Positions 54,501-64,000 of a DNA stretch of 64,000 nt are shown in pieces. The notes under the pieces were generated by a model. The model saw only the letters and a program-made list of their open reading frames with translations. It ran no database searches and was not told where the DNA came from. Source of the stretch: Perna viridis (Eukaryota). The stretch's first letter is position 1, and every line of letters begins with the position of its first letter. The stretch is from positions 25,878,704-25,942,703 of the forward strand of contig CM074521.1 in NCBI GenBank assembly GCA_037379345.1, in the 5' to 3' direction. The translations under genes and the position numbers were made by a program.

Positions 54501-57121
54501 CGGGAGATTTAACCATCATCGAAAACGAATCTCTGCGTAATATCTTTTCTAAAGGTCCCAAGTACCTTAAACCACGTTCCATAAATTGAAATTATAACTT
54601 CTTATGGATGCCGTGGAGGACTACGCAAGAAAATGGACAAAACGAGAACATGAAGACACCGATTCTCTATCAGAGTGGTTAAAGGCCGTGAAGTCTTTAA
54701 TTTTGAAACGAATGAAAGTTTTAAGTAGGTCAATGAGTGCCAATGCTACATCAGTTTTCCAAGACCCCGATGTAGCAAAACCATTGTCTACTATACATGA
54801 CAAATACATTGTCGTACCAGCAGAAAAAGCCCAAAACTACACTGTTATGTCTGCAAAACGTTTTACATCCAATGTCTATCAGAGGTAGACGTAGAATATA
54901 ATAGCAGTGATAAGACCTATACTGCTATAACACTCTCCAAAGAAGAGATTGTGGAAAACCATAAAACTGTGCTACCCTCCTTTCTTTTGGTCTCTCTACC
55001 AAGGATGATGATTGTGATTTACCGTCTATGTACTGGATTCCTATACTCCACAAAAATCCATACAAATAACGTCACATAGTTGAATCTGCAAAATGTACCA
55101 CCAAACCTCTTTCCAAACTTTTAACTTCTATACTCACAGCTGTCAAAGAGGGTCTGCAGTCCTACTATAACACTTGTTACTCCCGTCGTGATATTAATTC
55201 TTCTTCTTGTTGAGTACAAAACCATCACCTGGTGTATCCTCGTAATGGTTGGCGACTATATACAAAAGTGATCGGTGCTGGAAGGACCCAAGGTACAAGT
55301 TAAAATCCATATTTACTGTGCAGCTAAAAACGAGGATGTGTTGTTTATCTCAGACTGGTGGATTGCAACTTACTCTTGAACGATTCCAAGGAGTTACAGG
55401 CTATCACTTGTTGAGGAAGTTGGTTACAGATTCTGATTGAGTCGGGAAAGAATGACGGTTTGTAACAGGAGGATCGGGCATATGGCACCAAGAATCTCTG
55501 GTAGTGGCCTCTAACATTCACTGCAGCTGGTGTGAGATATGTAGCTGGGATGTCTACCAAGTTGTTGACAATCTTGAACATCATAACGGCCTTGGCTTGG
55601 GCTCTACGTTCCTGGAGTGTTGTCCAACTCAGGTTGTTAAGCATGGTGGTAACACTGCTTGTCGTTTTGTAGTCGCCATATACAAATCTAGCGGACCTGC
55701 GTTGTTCTTGGCGGTATGAAGGTCCCATATTACATTCCCATATTCCATGATTTGTCGCACCAATGTAGTGTAGCACAGCTCCTTGGTCTTCTTATGGCAG
55801 GCATACGGGTCTCTTTGAAGAAAGGCACGGGTGTAGTTTGTCTCTTTGGCGACTTGATCTATATGTCCATTCCAATTCATCTGATGATGGATATTCAAAC
55901 CTAAATACTTTGCTGTTTCTACCACTTCTAGCTGATGGCCATGGATGGAGTATGGTTCTTTCAGTGGTTTTCTCTTTGTTGTTACATGTGAAAGGGTAAT
56001 CAAGGGAACCAAGGTTATAGCGGTAATCAAAAGAATGTAATCCAGGGACAAAGACCAGACATGGAAAACAGACATACACAACAAAGAACATAAAGTAACT
56101 AAAATCATACATACAAAGTAACAAAAGCAAATGAGCAACTCGGACTACACTAAAACTGGGAGCATGGACCAGGTGCACCGGTAGGGTAAGCGTCCTCTGC
56201 TTTTCTAGAAACACCCGCCGAGTTCCTCATAAAAAATCAAGTCCGGGGTAGACAAACGAGGAAAGCAGACTATGACCCGTTGAATAAATCAGTTTTCATG
56301 GTGCAGATGGATACACCATAACGATCCACGAGTTCATGATGACGACCATAAAACTTCTGTAGTGATAACTTCAATCTTGTAGCAATATAACCCTGTTCAA
56401 GAAGCATATTTTTTAGAGTTCAAGCGCGATACAAAACGTCTGTGTAGTTTCGGCAAGCTCTAGCATAACGTATGAGTTGTGATATGAACACTGCATATGC
56501 AGGTGCCGAGGGGATGTTGCAACAGATGAAAGAACATTTTACAATTCTGAATGAAAAGTTATCACGTTTGTCGTAAAGTTTGGTCAGTTGTTTTCCTTTA
56601 CAATCGATTTCTAAGTGTAGGTCAAGATATGAGGCTGACTTGACAGTGTCTGTAGTATCCTTTATCTCAAGTTCTTTTGGGTAGATGCGATGTACCAAAT
56701 CCCGAAATTTGGATTGTTTAAAGATAATGCGTCATCTATATGTTATGTTAAAGTTTTAGTATTTGAAGTGCAACTTCTACTCTTTTTTTTAGAATGGGAC
56801 GATATTGCATATAACTTTGTTATCGGAGAAGATGGTCGAGTATATGAGGGCAGAGGCTGGAACACCGTTGGAGCACACACCTTAGGGTGGAACAAAAATT
56901 CAATATGTTTTGCATTCATTGGTGACTACAATGAGAGATCCCCAAACCACAGAGCAATACAAGCTTTAGAAAACGCTCTAGAATGGGGTGTTAAAAACGG
57001 AAAGTTAACAGCCAACTATATCCTATACGGACATTGTGACAAGCGTAGCACGGACAGCCCGGGGAGATACTTGTATGCTATTATTAGATATTTTAAACAC
57101 TACCACAAGAAACAGATTTAA
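51550..57121 (+). CDS. CXorf38/DUF4559-like HEPN domain - 2 TM - peptidoglycan recognition protein (PGRP) fusion; exons 51550-52624, 53242-53433, 56793-57121
   Basis: Both introns are phase 1 and join in frame: CGC G|gtaagt...ttttcag|GA gives WRGKQIKGVMFVKREEWGA, and AAT A|gtaagt...ttttag|AA gives [28 protein letters not shown]. N-terminal motif series CxxCxxWKxxILxxH..IDW..KWP.D..EIAK.F..RNNIHH. Confidence 0.85.
53700..55197 (+). mobile_element. Naiad-type Penelope-like element 5' part (GIY-YIG upstream of RT), decayed, in PGRP intron 2
   Basis: VGETQERLNKRMCGHRS..REREEYWIRRLGT..PYGCN, then GHVVTGDL..KGPKY, VVPAEKA, LPSMYWIP.LHKNP. Confidence 0.8.
55198..55993 (-). mobile_element. 3' end of a non-LTR retrotransposon (CR1/L2-like)
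   Basis: KYLGLNI..W..HI; CYTTLVR.IMEY; LSWTTLQERR..MMFKIVN; SFFP.SIR..NQLP; ends in a (GAA)n tail. Confidence 0.8.
55994..56700 (-). mobile_element. Naiad-type Penelope-like 3' part (RT C-terminus plus tail)
   Basis: IYPKELEIKDTTD..SASYLDLHLEID..LYDKRD.FSF..NIPSAPAY.VFISQLIRYARAC. Confidence 0.87.
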
Positions 57122-58779
57122 TTTTTGTAATGAAGCAAGATTCTGTGATATAAAAACTTTGTTGCTTACTCACTTTTTAATACAAACATAAATTCTACTT
57201 CTTGTCCACTTTATACATATACATACTGTTCTTACAGCTTAAGTACAATGTACCCATTTATAGGGTGTAGATTTAAGAAGATTCCTTAAAGTATAGTGCT
57301 TTATTTGTAAGTTGGAAGATATTTGTCCCTCCCTGGTTGTGTCTCTAAATTGTATATTATTGTAACTGTTGTTTTATTTGATGGTATATCACTGAGGTCT
57401 TTCAAAGTTATATTTCCATTGTATTACCTCACCGTAGTATATTTATGTAGGTAATAAGAAGGCGGGTACTATAAAAAGTGGTTATATTAACTTGAACTCA
57501 TTGAAAGAAAGTACGTAATCAAACCAGTATTTTAAACTAAAATAATGTGATAAACTCGATCGAGAGGTATCTCTAGAAAGCAAGACACATACATTTTCGG
57601 TACATGTGCTCCCAGATTTGGTTTTTGAGGGGATGCTAATTTTACCTTCCGTTTTATGTTCATTCGTTTATTTCTATATGTTGCTTGGTGCCTTTGTTTA
57701 TTTCGTCCCTTGAAATTCGAACTTCTTGTTACACTTTTTTAAAATTCAGACAGACAGTTTTTCTGTTAGAAAATCATTGGTTCTATTCCATGACAAATTC
57801 CCAAAATGAAGCATAAAAAAATAGAGAATCAGATTCAGTAGTTTTAGTCAATTAAATATGACTATATTATTAGTCAAAAAAGAATACAAACACAAAAAAG
57901 AATAAAAATTCACATTCATATGTAGACCAAAAATATGTTGGCGCATCACAGGTTTTCAGTTCAACTCACATTATAATGATCTACCGTGTGATAATATATC
58001 TATATATTCAGCTAGTTTCAAATGTGTGCAGGTGAGAGACAAAGACATACATGTTATTTTTTGTGTTTGTGACCTTGATTTTTTCAAATAATCACACTAT
58101 TGTACAATACACGTTTATTGTTGACCGTATATAACCACACACACACACACACACAATACAATAGCATGTACTCTGTTTAAATATAATGATAGATAGAATT
58201 TAACATAGGACAGTTATGCCCTTTAGCTCCTATCCGAAAATATTTATAACGGTACAGATGTTTAAGCTGAGCAACTTTCTGACAGAATAACAACTAGAGA
58301 TAATCATATGAATGAACCTTGCCAACGATTATTTGCATTTAGTGAACCCCACCTAAGTGACCAATCTACGAATGATAAGAAATGGCATAAACACACACAC
58401 GCGCGCGTGCAAAAATGTACCCGTAACAACCGTACTGAGTTGTCAGATGAAGAGAAATCTGTGGAAAAATTAAGCTAAGTCCACCATGAAGCAACAAAGA
58501 ACAAGCTATAATTAAATAAACGTGAACTAAAGATAAGAAGCATAAAACAAATATGAAACTTGGGTGAACTCATGTACTCGGGAAAGTTTGTCAGTTCCTG
58601 CTTCTTGCATGTTCAGTTCATGGCATGTCTGGAAAAATGGTTAAAATCGGTTCCTCCGAAAGAAAAAAAAAAGAAAAAAGAAAAAAAAACGTTTGTTTTT
58701 TTCTTTCACAGCATCATGTTATGGTTTAGATCGATAAGTAACCGACCGTACACACAGATAATAATCATGCAGTCATTTT

Positions 58780-58935
58780 AACATGTCTCATGTGATTGGG
58801 TAAAAGAACAACAAGTGAAAGTGCACAATTGGTACCCATTCGGATACATGTTGTCAGCAAAAAAGCAAAAACACCAAATTCGACAAATCCATTTCTACTG
58901 GCGTAACTTTCAAAGAATATTGGATATATCCGTTT
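58780..58935 (-). mobile_element. Old Penelope/Naiad RT fragment
   Basis: FVEFG...IRMGTNCA, a remnant of the GIPMGTNCAP motif. Confidence 0.55.
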
Positions 58936-59934
58936 AATTTCGACATGAAGGGTTATTGGCACGTGCAGAGGAAGAGGGATTAGTTGACAAAGATTCTGCC
59001 AAAATAAAAACTATATGTACGTTACATTAGTTATCACGATGTCATGATGTCACGATGTCATGCATAATTAATGAGGCATTTGTCAAAAATTCCATTTATT
59101 ATGTGGTTAGTCAATAGATGTTTGTTCCTGTTGTTATTTACCTTAAACAATGGACAATACAGGGAAATGAGTCAAATAACAATCTAATTAGGATCCAGGC
59201 TTTGCAGTGGTCCAAGGTTCGGAACCCCCTTTGTTGGATAATTTTGTTTATTGGGTGTAATGTTTCGGGAAAAAAATGAGCAAACCTTTATCACTAATTT
59301 TTGGATTGGATGCCTCCATTTTATAAACTTTTAATCTGAACCGCCCTTCTAATCAGTTATGCTATATTTTTGTACCACGTGAAATAAACCTTTTGTTTTA
59401 GTTCCTACTATATACGGAAAGTACAAATAGAAAATAATACATTTTCATTGTATGACGTTGTGAACCAGTATAAATATTTGCATATAACTGTAACTGGAAA
59501 TGGAAAACTAAAATATATCCTTCAGAAATCCTTGCTCTCAAAAGACTAGGAAAGCCCCCGTTTTGTCTTAAAACTATATCATCGTCAGATAACATATCAT
59601 GCAGTACATATAATGAAATTGTTTGAGCTATAAGATCTGTATGGTCTCTTCCTTTCTAACCTATATATATGGTTCTGAAATTTGATAGCTGATCATAAAA
59701 TTAACTTAGAAAACCTACATAGCCGATGAGCAAATTAAAAAAAATCACACACAAAATATGATAATAAAACATGTACTTAGTGTACATGTAGATGATGAGA
59801 CCTCTAACCTTGCCTTTCACTCAAAATCATGACTTGAAATCACCAAGGCATTTAACGTGTGTTATTAATAATACCATGTAATCGCCTTGTAAAGACTGAA
59901 ACATCCAAGGAATATTTATCTACCAGTAAAGCAA

Positions 59935-60490
59935 AAAACACCCTTCCGGTCGAGATTGTGTTTTTCACCAATAAACCTGTAAAATAAAGTTTATACTACC
60001 TGATAGAAAATAAAACTGTCTTTTAGAATATGTAGAGTGTTTTTGACCGGGGATTTTTTAATTAATGAAAATTGAGATCAAAGTAAGCATTGTTGTCGAC
60101 GTCATCCTCTGACTAGGTACGTTTCCAGTCAAGATAGTGTTTTTCACCAATATTTTTGTAGGATAAAGCACGTCATCTGAAAGAAAATTAAACTGTATTT
60201 CAGAATATATAAATAACAGTTAACCGGGGCTCATGAATATACGAATTTAAGATCAAAGATGAAATTTTGTTCGTCGTTCGAGCGAATTAAAAACCTTCCG
60301 GTCAACTTTTTGTCCCATAATTACATTTTTTCGAATAATGTTGACATGAGATGATAGAATTAATCATTAACTTTAAGAATCGGTTCAAATTTTAGTTCTA
60401 GTACTTTCCAAGATATGACCATTGACAACATAAAAAAACCATTCCGTGTATTCAACCCTTCCGCGCTTTAGACCCTCCCGTCAAGTTAGA
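59935..60490. repeat. Degenerate ~180-bp tandem repeat (about 3 copies)
   Basis: ccttccggtc / gtttttcaccaat / accgggg / gatcaaag recur at ~180-bp spacing. Confidence 0.6.
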
Positions 60491-61010
60491 ATCACAAAAT
60501 TTCCCTTCATTATCGTTTGAACATGTAAAAAACTTCAATTAAGGGACCGGTCAATATTTATTGGAGGGTAAGACCGTTGCATTTCATATTATCGTTTAAA
60601 AATGTCCATCTGAATCGATTCCTTTCCGGGATTTGCAGCCTTGTTTTAGTGTAACCGAAAAAAAATGACAAACAGAAAGTTGAAAGTCTGGGAAAAGAGG
60701 AAATGAAATGATTTTTTTCTTTTCAGCCAAGAAATATTCAATGATATGATTCCCGTTAACTAATTATAACTTCTGCTTTGCTTCATGGTGACAAAAAAGT
60801 AAGTCCCAATTAGCACAGACCCCTTATTTACGTACAATCTCACATACATTTTGTAATTCGTGCATTATTCCGGATTTCCAAATTTGGAATATTATATATG
60901 TCTGTACAGAAAATATAAAGGCACTGGATAGAGCCTTTCAAGTAACAACAATTTTTTTTCTTATTGTTACTTTTCCAGGCAAATCCGAGTAACCGTAGCC
61001 AGTTCAAAAT

Positions 61011-61124
61011 TAGTCCGAATTTCCTCTGACCCTGCAACCCTCCTTTTTTTTTAATTTCATATTTGGATATTGATATGTAACCCCAAAAAAAGGAGGGTTG
61101 CAGGGTAAGAGGAAATTCGGACTA
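61011..61124. mobile_element. 114-bp MITE with TAG...CTA termini and a 9-bp TSD (Academ-like)
   Basis: ~40-bp TIR TAGTCCGAATTTCCTCT.ACCCTGCAACCCTCCTTTTTTT with one mismatch. TSD GTTCAAAAT at 61002-61010 and 61125-61133. Confidence 0.85.
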
Positions 61125-62423
61125 GTTCAAAATATGAAACTTTTGCATTCAATATTCATATTCATAATTTTCATATAATTAACAGTACCAAGTTGATTTG
61201 TCTTCACTCACTTCAGTACATTCCTGTTCGCTTTGGGTCATTTCTCCAACTAAGGTGAGTTGTTCCACCTTGATATGAAATATGTGGTAAACACTGTAGA
61301 TTTAAGTATATGGGAGGTAATAATCATTTTTTATTAAAAAGTATGATAAAGAAAAAAAGCAACAACTGGATTGATTAAGGTCTGCATTAAAGTATATAAA
61401 TTTCAGTATCAAATGTTTTACTTATCCATTCGTATGCACAAAAAATGGTTATTTGACAAGAATTGAAAATAAAGAAATGAAAGGATTTCAGAAAAATCAA
61501 AATGCCAAATAACAGAGTTCCTGCTTGCAGTTAGTCAGTTTTGTGTCTGTTATAATGCAATGTGCTTTTATAATGTTCTGATGAAAATTATATTTTATGT
61601 ATATTAGAAACATAGTTTACTTTATGAATTAAACTGAGGTGAGGGTTCAATTTGTTATGGAGGAATCTTGATAAATCAAGAATTTTTGTAAGTAAAATTA
61701 TATGACTTTGTTGACTTTTAGTTTGTATTATTCAAATCAATCTTTAACTTGAATAAACTATTTAATATCAATATTATTTGTTAACATTTACTTGGTAATA
61801 GCATAAACTAATGTTTGTTACACTTAAAACAAGTAATTAATGTCAATCATAACTTAATGCAAGGGTATTCTAGCAAAAATGCAAGTTTGCATTTCAACCA
61901 GGAGATAACAGGAAGAGACAAAATATTGCAATCAACTGTATATTTTAATTCAGAACATTTCAAGTTTCATCTCCTGTGGAGGACTTTTTGGCAAAAAAAT
62001 CCTTAGTGTTTTTTATCTCTTGCAATCAAAACTTCCTATTTTTAGTCATCCTACATTTTTAAGGGGACAATGAATTTTTAAATTTTAGCTGAAATCTCAC
62101 ATTTAAAAATTGTTTAACAAGCTGTGTATTCATATAGTTAGACAATGTATGCATCCCTTGCCTTAAAATAGGAAAAAAAAATTTAGCATGGTATCTTTAT
62201 TTTCAGCAAAAAATAAAATAAAAATTGGGGGCTTGCTTTGTTCAGCCCTTCCTATCCTGAAATCCTGGATTCACTTCTGTGGGGTGCATACACACTGCTT
62301 TTCTTTTAGTTTGATAACAAAGCACTATTTATTTGTCAAAAAAGCCATAATAATTCCTAAAGACGTCCTTATTTTTTAAGAAATTTGCCTTAAAATATGC
62401 ACTTATTTTTCACAAAATGTTAC

Positions 62424-63582
62424 ATTTTATACCCCATGCAACATAGTTGTGGACTTTTTTTTCTAAATGCTAGCAGATATTAACATGATTTTTGGTATAT
62501 AAATTCACCATGATAAGTTACAGGTCAGTTTTATGTTTCATTCTGCTCCAATGATTTTTACCTAAATTACGGGCTTTGAACTCTGCAAAATTCACAGAAA
62601 TAACAATTTTCTGGTCTTTTTTTCTTAACATTTGCAATATTGACATGATTTTTAGTATAGAAATTAGCCATGATAAGTTAAAGGACAAGTTTGTAGTTGG
62701 TTCCGCTCCGATGATTTTACCGCAGTTATGGGCCTTGAACTTAGCAAAATTCACAGAAATAACAGTTTTCCTGACTTTTTTCTCAACTCTTGCAGATATT
62801 GACATGATTTTTGTGGTATATAAATTCACAATGATAAATTACAGGTCAGTTTAATGTTTCGTTCCACTCTGATGATTTTTACTGTAACTACAGGCATTGA
62901 ACTTAGCAAAATTCACAGAAATAACAGTTTTTGGACTTTTTTCTAAACATTTGCGGATATTGACATGAATTTTAGTAAAGAAATCAACCATGATAAGTTG
63001 CAGGACTAGTTTGTAGTTGGTTCTGCTCTGATGATTTACCGAAGTTACAGGCCTTGAACTCCACAAAATTCACAGAAATAACAGTTTTCCAGACTTTATT
63101 TCTAAATGCTTGCAGATATTGACATGATTTTTGGTTTATAAATTCACGACGATAAGTTACAGGACATGTTTGTTGTTGGTTATGCTCCGATGATTTTACA
63201 GAAATTACGGGCCTTGAAGTTAGCTAAATTCACAGAAATAACCGTTTTTCAGACTTTTTTAACTAAACGCTTGTAGATTATGACAGGATTTTTGGTATAT
63301 AAGTTCACCATGATAAGTTACAGGTCAAGTGTACGTTTTGTTCTGTATGATGATATTTACTTTGGATTAACTAAAACTCAAAGAAATCACCGTCTGGAGT
63401 TTGAAACTACCATTCTGAGTAATAGAATTTAGTTAGAAGAAAAAGGTCTAAAGCCTAAAAAACACTCTTATTCCTCTTTTTATTGGGGTCCTTCTACATG
63501 TATTTCTCTTACAAACAAATTTACTTGAGTATCCAACATGGGGACACATGGGATATGTGAGCGAACTCACTAAGATTCTTTA
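62424..63582 (+). mobile_element. Non-autonomous Helentron-like element carrying a ~160-bp satellite array (about 6 units)
   Basis: Starts TTTTATACCCC. Units with catgataagtt at ~62509, 62669, 62830, 62989, 63149 and 63309. Ends in a gtgagcgaactcac hairpin. Confidence 0.75.
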
Positions 63583-63639
63583 ATAAGAATTAATAGAAAT
63601 AGGTTTGATTTTGCCTACGAAAACCAATGCCTCCACATT

Positions 63640-63905
63640 TCCAAGTTCAAAGGGGTATAACAGCAACAAAATTTAGTGGTTCATAAATTCCTTGTAACAT
63701 GCACAACTACATAACATATTCTGGCCTTCCTACAAAGTTTAATGAACTTTAATGCAGTAGGTTCCAAGGAGTAGCACTTACAAAAGTATGGTGGACAGAC
63801 AGGGTAAAAATGAACTTAAATGCAGTAGGTTCCGAGGAGTAGCACTTACAAAAGTATGGTGGACAGACAGACAGACGGACAGACTGGGTAAAAATGATAT
63901 GTGAA
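63640..63905 (-). mobile_element. Helentron/DINE-like fragment with a (GACA/GACG)n microsatellite and a ~68-bp internal duplication
   Basis: atgaactt.aatgcagtaggttcc.aggagtagcacttacaaaagtatggtggacagacag occurs twice. Confidence 0.6.
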
Positions 63906-64000
63906 ATAGGAAGAATTTGAAATAGAATTGCGTGAGTTATACCCAATGATCTGACAATATGTAATTTCACTCAAAATGTCTTCTCTATTTGAAGTAACCA

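Noticed and set aside
62518-63066. ORFs within the satellite array
   Set aside because: Repeat translations with no domain signature.

Overview
AT-rich eukaryotic genomic DNA with GT-AG introns. The repeat content looks bivalve-like, possibly mytilid (inference). (1) 584-31421 (+): the 3' part of a giant secreted SCO-spondin/gel-forming-mucin-like gene. One 15.39-kb Thr/Gly/Pro/Ala exon is followed by 18 small phase-compatible exons encoding 6 TSP1, 2 TIL and several vWC-like modules plus a C-terminal cystine knot. (2) ~32490-40496 (-): a decayed Polinton/Maverick (pPolB, PC4-like, packaging ATPase, integrase C-terminus/chromodomain, penton N-terminus, one AGTAGT terminus). (3) 43873-51266: an ISL2EU-type DNA transposon (TIRs, AT TSD, THAP-DDE transposase, convergent YqaJ exonuclease), pseudogenised. 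(4) 51550-57121 (+): an apparently intact 3-exon gene fusing a CXorf38/DUF4559-like HEPN domain (RxxxxH intact), two transmembrane helices and a non-catalytic DAP-type PGRP domain. This is a candidate peptidoglycan-triggered RNase receptor and the most interesting item in the window. (5) Naiad-type Penelope-like fragments, LINE ends, Helentron-type satellite elements and an Academ-like MITE. All domain calls are by eye from motifs; no database searches were run.
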